Origin: Deltaproteobacteria bacterium
GTDB lineage: Bacteria; Desulfobacterota; Binatia; UBA1149; SPBQ01
Direction: 5' to 3'
DNA length: 64,000 nucleotides
Assembly: GCA_029262375.1 (NCBI GenBank)
Contig: JAJCZM010000008.1
Span: 129,291 to 193,290 of the forward strand
The notes beneath the pieces are model-generated. The model saw only the letters and a list, made by a program, of their open reading frames with translations. It had not been told where the DNA came from and did not search any database. Positions 45,881-54,581 of this stretch are shown here, piece after piece (within the stretch, counting starts at the first letter, position 1; each line of letters starts with the position of its first letter). The position numbers and the translations under genes were made by a program.

Positions 45881-47287
45881 TCAATCGTCCACGTCGATCA
45901 ATGCGCCTGGATTCATGATCCCTTTCGGATCAAGCGCACGCTTGAGTGTCGCCAACACATCCTGGGCCTCGCCCAGTTCCTTCGGCAACCATTGCTTGCG
46001 AACACGTCCGATGCCGTGATGATGGGCAATCGTTCCACCGAGATCGTGTGTAACCTGCATCGTGTGATTCCAGGCGCGGTCGTAGAGCGTGATCCCCTCT
46101 TCGGGCGACGCAACCGATCCGGCGAACGTGAAATAGATGTTCGCGCCCTGAGTATAGCAATGCGAGACATGGCCGGAGAACCCGAGCATTCCGTCGATCT
46201 GGATACCGCCTTCACACACTTTGCTGAACAGCTCGGCCAGGCGATCCCAGCCAATCGCGACTTCGATCGTGTCCAGCGAGATGCCTTTCCCGATCAGGTC
46301 TTCGACATCGGGAATGCTGTTGCGATGCCCCATCCAGCTGTCGACCGGATCCTCTCCCTGATCTTGCCCGCCTTCTGCCACGATAATGTCGTGGCATGCC
46401 TGCATCTCGACCTCGACCAGCGCGGCGGGTCCTTCGCTTCGAAGCAGAATCACGGGCTGTCCTTCGCTCGCAATCGTAAACGTACGCCCTGCTTCTTGCG
46501 CATCGTACAAACGCGTGACGGCGGGTGTCCAACCGGCGCGCATGATTTTTCGGAAGGACTCGCAGCCCGCCTCGACCGATGGCAGCGAGTACGCCCTGCC
46601 CTTCGCCAGCTGCGCAGCTGGATGAATACGAAAGACAAGCTCTGTGAAAACACCGAGCGTGCCTTCCGACCCCATGAACAGATGCTTGAGGTCCGGACCC
46701 GTGGCAGCACGCGCCTTTTCGGGAATGCGAATCACCTTGCCGCCGGGAATCACGACCTCGCATCCGAGTAACATGTCTTCGATGTTTCCGTAGCGCGTCG
46801 AGAGCTGTCCCGCTGCGCGCGTCGCACACCAACCACCCACGGTCGATAGATCGATCGATTGAGGGAAGTGCCCCATCGTCATGCCTTTCGCGGCCAATGC
46901 ATCTTCATAGTCCCTACCGCACATTCCCGGCTGCACGGTGGCGGTGAGCGACTTGTCGTTCACGCTAACGAGCTTGTTCATGCGCGACATGTCGATCACG
47001 ACCTGATCCTGGGTCGTTTGCACCGCACCGCAAACCCCGGAACCCAGACCGAAAGGCACGACCGCCGTTGCCGTTTCTTGTGCCCAGGCAAGCAATGCGC
47101 TGACCTCAGCCGTATCGGCCGGCCGAACGACCGCGCCACAACGCGTTAGTTGACCGGCCTTTCGCTGCAGTCGCCCGCGTACCCACCAATCGTGGCTCTT
47201 CTCGGCGAGTGTGTCGCCTTCGGTAATGATCTCCAGCGACGGCACCGAAGATCGTAGCCGATCGAGGTTTTTATCGAGATTGCTCAT
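45881..47287 (-). CDS. FAD-linked oxidase, alkyl-dihydroxyacetonephosphate synthase (AGPS)-like
   Basis: ATG 47287 overlaps the glpD stop (ATGA). PCMH FAD domain (VVPFGLGSGVCG). C-terminal CYTQGANIYFTFAG...HHHGIGRVRKQWL resembles the AGPS C-terminus as I recall it (YFYFAF...HHHGVGK.RKQWL). The glcD in this same window has EHGIG instead. Confidence 0.55.
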   Translation of the reverse strand: MSNLDKNLDRLRSSVPSLEIITEGDTLAEKSHDWWVRGRLQRKAGQLTRCGAVVRPADTAEVSALLAWAQETATAVVPFGLGSGVCGAVQTTQDQVVIDMSRMNKLVSVNDKSLTATVQPGMCGRDYEDALAAKGMTMGHFPQSIDLSTVGGWCATRAAGQLSTRYGNIEDMLLGCEVVIPGGKVIRIPEKARAATGPDLKHLFMGSEGTLGVFTELVFRIHPAAQLAKGRAYSLPSVEAGCESFRKIMRAGWTPAVTRLYDAQEAGRTFTIASEGQPVILLRSEGPAALVEVEMQACHDIIVAEGGQDQGEDPVDSWMGHRNSIPDVEDLIGKGISLDTIEVAIGWDRLAELFSKVCEGGIQIDGMLGFSGHVSHCYTQGANIYFTFAGSVASPEEGITLYDRAWNHTMQVTHDLGGTIAHHHGIGRVRKQWLPKELGEAQDVLATLKRALDPKGIMNPGALIDVDD

Positions 47288-48897
47288 TGGCTTTCCTTGC
47301 AGGTTTTCAGTTCGGCACGACGGGTGTGCGCGAAGGTCGCGGCTTCGTCGCGAGCTCGGCCATCGTCCCATCCAAGTCGTTCGCCGAGCGCGGTCGCGGT
47401 TTGTTGCGCCGCGTCCGCCGCGCGAGCCGTGTCGAACATGGCAATGTGGGAACGACGCCGAAGCACGTCGTCGAGTCGAATAACCATTTCGTTTTCGACC
47501 ATGTGGTCGAGTTCGGCGACCGTCAAACAGTCGAGCGAACCGATCCGATCAGCCGATCCGTTGCGCGCGGCCCCAACGATTGCGGCTGCCGCAACGCCGT
47601 AGGTACGCCAGAGTCGGTCTTCAAGTACCGCGTCACCGCCGTTCGCAAGATCGCGCCGGGCGTCTCTTTGTTGCTGCGCCGAGCCCCCGGATAGCGGCTG
47701 CTCAGCGGAACGCGGATCGCGCGATCGCTTCAAACCAACCGCGCCCTCGACCTTGTCGACGACGCGCTCCGCCATTCGCCTGTAGGTCGTCAGCTTACCA
47801 CCGGCGACGGCCACGACCGGACCTGGTCCGACATGTATTTCGTCTTTGCGAGAGATCTCGGACGGAGATTTTCCTTCCTGACGCAGCAGCGGTCTCACTC
47901 CCGACCACGTACCGATCACGTCTTCGCGTGTAGGCGGATCGACGAAGGTCGCGGACAGCGATTCCAGGAGATAGTCGACATCATCATCGCTGACGCCCGG
48001 TTCGGCGGCATCGCCCTCATAGTGCGTGTCGGTCGTACCGACGTAAACGAACTCGTCGCGCGGCACGACGAACGTCGATCGACCATCGGGCGAGCGAAGT
48101 ACCACCGATGCGTCGACCGGCAGCCGCTGCGCACGAACGACGAGATGAATGCCTCGCGTCAGTTGCACGGCGCCCTCAGCCGACGGGTCACCTAGACGGC
48201 GCACTTCGTCGAACCAAGGTCCCGCTGCATTCACGACGCAACGCGCCCGCACTTCGAACGTTTCACCGGTTTCGTCGTCGCGCCCTGTCACGCGTACGCC
48301 GCCATCAACGAACGAGATCCCGGTCACCGGAGCGTAGTTGGCAACCAGCGCGCCCTCGGCGGCGGCCGCCTTGAGCGTCTCGAGCGTCAAACGGGAATCG
48401 TGGGTCACGTACTCGGTGAAAGCGACGGCCCCTGATAGGCGATCACGGCGCAGATTCGGCACCGCGGTCAACGTGGCATCGCGGTCGAGAACATCGTGGG
48501 TCTCACCCGGATCACCAGCCAGCTTGTCGAAGGTCCACAATCCTGCGGCTAGTTTCATGCGGCCGGCGCGAGAGCCTGCCGGGATCACCATCCGCACTGG
48601 ACGCGCCAAATGCGGCGCTAAGCGACGCAAAACCGCGCGCTCTCGGGCAGCCTCCCGCACGAGGGCGACGTCGCCCTGGGCAAGATAGCGCACGCCGCCG
48701 TGAATGAGTTTCGAGGAGCGAGAACTGGTTCCGGAGGCGAAATCCCCCCGATCGAGGAGGACGACCGAGTGTCCGCGCAAGGCTGCTTCGCGCGCAACTC
48801 CTGCGCCGGTGATGCCGCCGCCCACGATCACGAGATCGACGGTCTGCTCTGCGGCCCGTGTCAGCCAAGTCCTTCTTTCTACGTGTGAAAATCGCAT
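47284..48897 (-). CDS. glpD: FAD-dependent glycerol-3-phosphate dehydrogenase
   Basis: DLVIVGGGITGAGVAREAALRGHSVVLLDRGDFASGTSSRSSKLIHGGVRYL is the canonical GlpD N-terminus. Confidence 0.85.
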   Translation of the reverse strand: MRFSHVERRTWLTRAAEQTVDLVIVGGGITGAGVAREAALRGHSVVLLDRGDFASGTSSRSSKLIHGGVRYLAQGDVALVREAARERAVLRRLAPHLARPVRMVIPAGSRAGRMKLAAGLWTFDKLAGDPGETHDVLDRDATLTAVPNLRRDRLSGAVAFTEYVTHDSRLTLETLKAAAAEGALVANYAPVTGISFVDGGVRVTGRDDETGETFEVRARCVVNAAGPWFDEVRRLGDPSAEGAVQLTRGIHLVVRAQRLPVDASVVLRSPDGRSTFVVPRDEFVYVGTTDTHYEGDAAEPGVSDDDVDYLLESLSATFVDPPTREDVIGTWSGVRPLLRQEGKSPSEISRKDEIHVGPGPVVAVAGGKLTTYRRMAERVVDKVEGAVGLKRSRDPRSAEQPLSGGSAQQQRDARRDLANGGDAVLEDRLWRTYGVAAAAIVGAARNGSADRIGSLDCLTVAELDHMVENEMVIRLDDVLRRRSHIAMFDTARAADAAQQTATALGERLGWDDGRARDEAATFAHTRRAELKTCKESQ

Positions 48898-49041
48898 ATT
48901 CAGCGTCGCGGCCTAGTGTCGCAGCAGTGCCCAGTCAACGCGTCTGGGCGAATACAGGGCGAAAGGAAAGCGAGGCGCAATTTATCAAACAAATACAATG
49001 CTTTGGCAGACCTCAAAAAGTCCTTGACAGCGTGGCTTACG

Positions 49042-49056
49042 ATCCACTAAGTGGAT
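49042..49056. promoter_or_regulatory. Palindromic operator candidate overlapping a putative promoter in the glpD / merR-like divergent region
   Basis: ATCCACT-A-AGTGGAT is a perfect 7-1-7 palindrome. TTGACA lies at 49024-49029 and CTAAGT 17 bp downstream falls inside the palindrome. A third half-site TCCACT lies at 49067-49072. Confidence 0.35.
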
Positions 49057-49122
49057 AGCTGTACTTTCCACTTTGGCGCCTAGGAGGGAACTTGGCGCCG
49101 CGGTGGCGGAACCTACCACGAA

Positions 49123-49917
49123 ATGGCCAGCCCGCAGACAAAAGCAACGGTCGCCGAACACCGCGAGGCCCGGAAGGGACTTTATAAGATCTCCGATCTT
49201 TCGCGAGAGACCGGTGTCTCGATCGGAACCATCAAATACTACCTGCGCGAGGGGCTGCTACCGCCGCCCACTCTGAAGACCGGCCGCAACATGTCGTACT
49301 ATGACCGCGGCTTTGTCGATCGCATCCGCGTCATCAAGGAACTGCGGCAGAAGCGTTTTCTCCCTCTCGACGTCATCAAGACCATCCTCGACCGCGACTC
49401 CGAGGTCATCAGCTCGCACGAGATCGACACGCTGCTGAGCCTCGAAGGTAAGTTTTACGAAGCCATCCACATCTCGCCCGGACAAGAGCCGGTCAAGCGC
49501 TCCGAGGTCATCGAGCACTACGGTCTCGGCGCCGACGAGCTCGACTACTGCCTTGAGAGCGGCGTGCTGACTCCGGTCATGCGCGATGGTGAAGAAGTGT
49601 TCGAAGGCGACGACATTCTCATGCTCGAGACCTTCGCCTCGATGCGTAGCGCGGGTTTCAACGACTCCCTCATTCCAAAGGGCATCGGCATCCCGCTGTA
49701 CGTTGAAACGCTGAACAAGCTAGCGCGCGAAGAGTTGACCATTTTCAGCCGAGCCGTAACCGGCAAGGTGGATGACGCCAAACTCGCCGAGATGGCGATG
49801 GCGGGCGTCAAGATTGTAGAACAATTCATCGTCCTGTTACGGAGAAAGTTGCTGCTTCGGGCAATCCAAGAATTGCGAGAGCAGACGAATGAAGACTCCG
49901 CAGCAACGGGACGATGA
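49123..49917 (+). CDS. MerR-family transcriptional regulator
   Basis: YKISDLSRETGVSIGTIKYYLREGLLPP...RNMSYYDRGFVDRIRVIKELR is a MerR-type HTH plus wing. The C-terminal effector domain is long. Confidence 0.85.
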   Translation: MASPQTKATVAEHREARKGLYKISDLSRETGVSIGTIKYYLREGLLPPPTLKTGRNMSYYDRGFVDRIRVIKELRQKRFLPLDVIKTILDRDSEVISSHEIDTLLSLEGKFYEAIHISPGQEPVKRSEVIEHYGLGADELDYCLESGVLTPVMRDGEEVFEGDDILMLETFASMRSAGFNDSLIPKGIGIPLYVETLNKLAREELTIFSRAVTGKVDDAKLAEMAMAGVKIVEQFIVLLRRKLLLRAIQELREQTNEDSAATGR

Positions 49918-50064
49918 GTGTTCGGGACCGGGGGCCGTTAGCGGTTGGGCGCCGCACTTGATGGGCCGAAGAGAAGCGAGCGCCGAGACGCCAGGCAGTT
50001 TTGGAGAACGCAAATTGTTTCATCACGGGTACGCTACACGCGACCGGATGATGAAGGAGGCACA

Positions 50065-50550
50065 ATGAGCGAAGTCATGAAGGACACGCAAGAACAACGT
50101 AAGTCGAAGACCGTGTGTGTGGAAGATCCCGCAATCACGATGGTCGAGCCGGATACGATGACACCCTCTCAGTTTTTCGACCGTGTGTTCACGGAGTCGA
50201 CACTCGTACCCGAGAAGCGGCTGATGCTTGCCGTTCTGGAAGACGCAATCGCGTCGTTCCAGCGCAACTTCATTCAGGCGCGCGCTGCAAAGCAGGAAGG
50301 CGAGGATGGCGATGTGGAGCACTGGCTGGCGTCTGACGATATGACGTGGCCGTTCTCATTCGCGAGCATATGCCAGGCTCTCGACATGGAACCGGAGTAT
50401 CTGCGTCGCGGTCTACACAGCTGGCGCGATAGAACTGAGCAGGCCGGCACGCGCGGTCAGGTCTATCGCTTCCCGTTCCGTCGCGTGAATGGGCGTCGGC
50501 ACAGCATCAACGCCAAGCGCGAACGCCGCAAAGTACGAAAGGCAGGCTAA
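50065..50550 (+). CDS. Hypothetical protein (161 aa), basic C-terminal tail
   Basis: ATG 50065 is preceded by GAAGGAGG 5 nt upstream. MSEVMKDTQEQRK...EKRLMLAVLEDAIASF...RFPFRRVNGRRHSINAKRERRKVRKAG. No family recognised. Confidence 0.55.
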   Translation: MSEVMKDTQEQRKSKTVCVEDPAITMVEPDTMTPSQFFDRVFTESTLVPEKRLMLAVLEDAIASFQRNFIQARAAKQEGEDGDVEHWLASDDMTWPFSFASICQALDMEPEYLRRGLHSWRDRTEQAGTRGQVYRFPFRRVNGRRHSINAKRERRKVRKAG

Positions 50551-50617
50551 GCAGGTTAGGCGGGCTAGGCGGGTTAAGCAGGCCGAGCCGACCGACAATA
50601 ACAGACCACTACCAATA

Positions 50618-50656
50618 ACGGCCGGTGAGGAAATCCTCACCGGCCGTTTCTGTTTC
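50618..50656 (+). terminator. Rho-independent terminator (possibly bidirectional) between the orphan gene and acyl-CoA dehydrogenase
   Basis: ACGGCCGGTGAGG-AAAT-CCTCACCGGCCGT is a perfect 13-bp stem, followed by TTCTGTTTC. Confidence 0.65.
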
Positions 50657-50667
50657 AGAGGAATTAC

Positions 50668-51861
50668 CTACCGATCTTTCGGGAGGCCCAGAACCCGCTG
50701 AGCGATGATCCCGCGCTGCACTTCCGACGTACCCGCCGCGATCGTTCGACCGCGCGAGTACATGTATAGATGCGGCCACTTCCCCGATGACGGCGCGTGC
50801 GCATCGTCACCGTCAAGCATCGCGTACGCGCCGAGCATCGACATCGGTATCTCGAGCATTCGCTGGTACATTTCGCTCCAGAAGAGTTTCTCCATCGACC
50901 CTTCCGGCCCCGGCGGATCGTTACGTTTTATGCGCTCGGTAAGATGCCGGGTCGCCGTCAACCGCATCGCTTCGCTCTCTATGTGTGCCTGGGCCAAGCG
51001 CTGTCGAAAGATCGGATCTTTCGCGGGTGTACCACCTCGCACGTCGAAGTCGCGCGCGAACTCAATCATTTCGTTCAGAGCCACGCGCGACTGCAGTTGT
51101 CGCTGGAACGTCAACGTTGCGCGTTCGTGCATGAGCAAGGAGACGGCCATCTGCCATCCTTCGCCTTCTTTCCCGACGACGTTCTCTGCCGGAATACGAA
51201 CGTCTTCGAGATAGACCTCGTTGAACTCGCTATCACCGTTCATCTGCTGGAGCGGACGGACATCGATTCCAGCGCTCTTCATGTCGAGGATGATCAGCGT
51301 GAGGCCACGATGCTTCACCGAATCCGGATCGGTTCTGACTAGTAGAATGCAGAACTGTGAATACTGCGCGTAGCTGGTCCACACCTTCTGGCCGTTGACG
51401 ACGAAGTCGTCACCATCGCGAATCGCTTTCGTCTTGATCGCGGCGAGGTCCGAGCCGGCACCGGGCTCGCTATAGCCCTGACACCAGATCTCGCTCGCAT
51501 CTAGAATCGGCTTCAAATAGCGCTGCTTCTGCGCCTCCGTACCCTGCTCGATGATCAACGGGCCGACCATCGACAGGGCCAATAGGTTCACCAACTGTGG
51601 GGAACCCGATCGTCCCAGTTCTTCTTGGAAGATGATCTGCTCGATGATCCCGATGCCGCGCCCGCCGTACTCGGCCGGCCAGTGAAGTCCGCACCATCCA
51701 GCATCGTAGAGGCGGTTCTGCCACTCACGACCATGCGCAACGTAGTCATCGAGCGAGGCGGCTTTGACCGCACCGAGACTTCCAGACTCTTTCTCAGAGT
51801 CGAGCCAAGCTCGTAGCTCGCTGCGAAACGCTTCCTGTTGCGGCGTGTAGTTGAAATCCAT
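50668..51861 (-). CDS. Acyl-CoA dehydrogenase
   Basis: 397 aa. Motifs: CQGYSEPGAGSDLAA, a Trp-rich N-terminus and C-terminal IAAGTSEVQRGIIA, typical of ACADs. Confidence 0.9.
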   Translation of the reverse strand: MDFNYTPQQEAFRSELRAWLDSEKESGSLGAVKAASLDDYVAHGREWQNRLYDAGWCGLHWPAEYGGRGIGIIEQIIFQEELGRSGSPQLVNLLALSMVGPLIIEQGTEAQKQRYLKPILDASEIWCQGYSEPGAGSDLAAIKTKAIRDGDDFVVNGQKVWTSYAQYSQFCILLVRTDPDSVKHRGLTLIILDMKSAGIDVRPLQQMNGDSEFNEVYLEDVRIPAENVVGKEGEGWQMAVSLLMHERATLTFQRQLQSRVALNEMIEFARDFDVRGGTPAKDPIFRQRLAQAHIESEAMRLTATRHLTERIKRNDPPGPEGSMEKLFWSEMYQRMLEIPMSMLGAYAMLDGDDAHAPSSGKWPHLYMYSRGRTIAAGTSEVQRGIIAQRVLGLPKDR

Positions 51862-52817
51862 CAGTCGTTCCTCACGAGCACCTTACGTACACCGCGAGTC
51901 ATCGCATGCGCAAAGCCATCCTCGATAGCGTCTAGAGAATACTCAGCCGCGACAAGCGGTGTGACATTGACGCGCCCCGAGGCGAGGAGGTCCAGAGCCG
52001 GCGCGAAGCGACCGCACCGAGATCCGATAACCGTGATCTCGTTGATCACGATGGGTGCGAGGTCGACTTCGTGTGCACCGGCCACCGTCGTCTTTAATAC
52101 CAACGCACCACGCGGACGCGTCGCGGCAATGGCGGCGGTCAGACCTTCGGGAGATCCTGTCGCTTCCACGACGAGATCGTACGATGCGGTTGCCGGAATC
52201 GTGTCGGCGATCGCCACGCCACTGTCGCGGATCCAGCTCAACGTGTCCGTGTGTCGCCCGACAAGCAATACGCTAAAGTCGTTGGCGGCCAATACTTGCG
52301 CGATCAAGGGCCCCAACTTGCCGTCGCCCAGAACGAGCGCGGGACCGCGGGGGAAATCTACCGGAAGCTGATCGAGGATCTCGCAAGCCGCTGCCACGGG
52401 TTCCGTGAACACAGCAGTCGCGTCGCTGACATCGTCGGGAACTACGAGAAGATTCCTCTCGGGAATCAAAAACTGTTCTGCCAGTACACCATCGGCACCT
52501 AGGATCCCGAGCACAGTCCGCGTGGGGCAATGGCGGGCCATCCCGCTATTGCACGAGACACAGCTGCCGCACCCGAAGTTGATACCGCCGACTACGCGCT
52601 TGCCCGAGAACCTACCGTCCAGGGCCTCGCCCACGAACTCATGGCCGAGTACTCCGTTGAACCCCATGTAGCCGCGCACCAGTTCGAGATCGGTGTTACA
52701 GATTCCCGCACTGCGCGTGCGCACCCTGACGAAGCCGCGGGCCGGATCGGGCTGCGCAGGCTCGGGGTGCTCGCGCGATAACGCGGCCGTTTTTCCGTCC
52801 AGAATGAATGCCAACAT
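51861..52817 (-). CDS. Zinc-type medium-chain alcohol dehydrogenase/reductase
   Basis: Start chosen at ATG 52817 (MLAFILDGK...). Motifs: GICNTDLELVRG, GHEFVGE, CGSCVSCNSG (structural Zn) and VLGDGKLG. The ORF-track start at 53111 is an upstream extension. The stop overlaps the ACAD start by 1 nt. Confidence 0.8.
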   Translation of the reverse strand: MLAFILDGKTAALSREHPEPAQPDPARGFVRVRTRSAGICNTDLELVRGYMGFNGVLGHEFVGEALDGRFSGKRVVGGINFGCGSCVSCNSGMARHCPTRTVLGILGADGVLAEQFLIPERNLLVVPDDVSDATAVFTEPVAAACEILDQLPVDFPRGPALVLGDGKLGPLIAQVLAANDFSVLLVGRHTDTLSWIRDSGVAIADTIPATASYDLVVEATGSPEGLTAAIAATRPRGALVLKTTVAGAHEVDLAPIVINEITVIGSRCGRFAPALDLLASGRVNVTPLVAAEYSLDAIEDGFAHAMTRGVRKVLVRND

Positions 52818-53167
52818 CGCTTGTAAGTCGGTTCCTACTACCAGTTGTCGCCGACGGGTTCTAAATCGCGGCATTGCCGGCTCCCTCCCCCCATCGCCTC
52901 CTGGAAAGAACACTTTCCAGCCATGTCGCCAGCCCGGGCGCCGCCCTGGCTTTAAGCTAGGATGCAATGCGGCAACGGAGCTTGGGCCCCGCGACCTCGC
53001 GATACACGAAAAGACTTGCATCGCAGACAAACTCGGGCCTAAACTCATGTCGATCAGTCGATGAACGACCCCGACCAACCTCCGTTGCCAAGGCCGCAAG
53101 GCCGTACCCAACTCAGTCCAGAACCTACCGCGTGCAAGGTCAGCATCCTGCGCGTACGTGCGTGTAT

Positions 53168-54487
53168 ATGAGCGTCGGCCTCACCGTAGCGCTCATCGCG
53201 TTCCTCATCGGACTCAATGCATGGCTCGTCGCCGCCGAGTACGCAGTCGTAACGGTTTCCCGAGATGCCGTCGTCGCGCGCAAGGACCAGGGGAGTCGTC
53301 GCGCGCGAGTGCTCCTGCGCATTGTCGATGATCTGGAACCCGCCGTTGCCACGATCCGTTTTTTCTCATTCACAATCCTGTTGTTGCTGGGGTGGACCGG
53401 CGTACCGGCGGTTCGCAGCGCGTTGTTGCAACCACTCGCGTCCTTGGGCATCGGCGACACAGGAATCGTCTCACCGCTGTCCGCGGTTGCCGCGTTTCTG
53501 TTGACCGGCTCCTTCGCCGTGACTTTCGGGGAGTCTTTCCCAAAGCGGTTGGGATTGAGAACGCCCGAGCGTGTCGCGTTGTGGTCTGCGTTCGTGCTGC
53601 GTGCGCTCATGAAAGTGTCGCTACCCGTACGCCAACTCCTGTCTTTGATCACACGGACGTTTGGACGCGGTGCCGGCGGCACCGAAGCCGATGACATCAC
53701 CGACAGGCAAGAACTGCGGCTCGTCATCTCTCAGCTCACCGCGTTGGAACGTTTGTCGCCTGCAAAGCGCTCATTCCTGGAGAACCTACTGGAGTTCTCC
53801 AACACCACTGCAAGGCAAATCATGGTTCCGCGCGACGCGGTCGAGTTCCTGTCGCTCGCAAAATCGTTGGAACAGAACTTGACGACCATTCGCCGGAGCG
53901 AACACACGCGCTACCCACTGTGTAGTCGCGACATCGATAGCATCATCGGTATGATTCACATTAAGGATCTCTTCCGTCAGATCGGCGGCCCTACGAAAAT
54001 CACCGATCTTCGACAACTGAAACGCGACTTGCCGGTCGTGCCGGAGACCCTTTCCCTCGACGAGCTGCAGAAGGTATTCGAACAGAGACGCGCGCACATG
54101 GCGCAGGTTCTCGACGAGCACGGATCGATCATCGGCGTCGTCACATTGGAGAACGTGCTCGAGCAACTCGTCGGAGAAATTTACGACGAGTTCGATACCG
54201 AGGAAGCCCCCGCAATATCAATGGATGATACCGGCCTACTCGTCGATGGTATGATGCTCGTAGACGAACTCTGCCGTACACTCGAGCTCGATCTCGAAGA
54301 TGGAGAGGCGGAAACGGTGGGCGGCTACGTAACCGAGTCCCTAGGAAAAATCGGTAGCGTCGGCGACCAATTCAGGTTCGGCGATTTCGACGGCCGTGTC
54401 GAAGAGATGGAAGGCAGGCGCATTTCGCGCGTACACCTCAGTCATCCAGCGCCGACCGAAGCCGCCACCGGCGAGCAAACACTGTAA
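53168..54487 (+). CDS. HlyC/CorC (CNNM) family transporter: DUF21 + CBS pair + CorC_HlyC
   Basis: ATG 53168. N-terminal 4-TM DUF21 (LNAWLVAAEYAVVTV), CBS region (IMVPRDAVEFL...GMIHIKDL) and C-terminal transporter-associated domain. Confidence 0.85.
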   Translation: MSVGLTVALIAFLIGLNAWLVAAEYAVVTVSRDAVVARKDQGSRRARVLLRIVDDLEPAVATIRFFSFTILLLLGWTGVPAVRSALLQPLASLGIGDTGIVSPLSAVAAFLLTGSFAVTFGESFPKRLGLRTPERVALWSAFVLRALMKVSLPVRQLLSLITRTFGRGAGGTEADDITDRQELRLVISQLTALERLSPAKRSFLENLLEFSNTTARQIMVPRDAVEFLSLAKSLEQNLTTIRRSEHTRYPLCSRDIDSIIGMIHIKDLFRQIGGPTKITDLRQLKRDLPVVPETLSLDELQKVFEQRRAHMAQVLDEHGSIIGVVTLENVLEQLVGEIYDEFDTEEAPAISMDDTGLLVDGMMLVDELCRTLELDLEDGEAETVGGYVTESLGKIGSVGDQFRFGDFDGRVEEMEGRRISRVHLSHPAPTEAATGEQTL

Positions 54488-54581
54488 GGGCTCATCTGCC
54501 CAACGGACGTTAAGTGCGAAATACTACTGAAAGCGAAGATCCTCCCAGTACACCTGCCTACGGCTGCTGCGTCGGTGCGAG

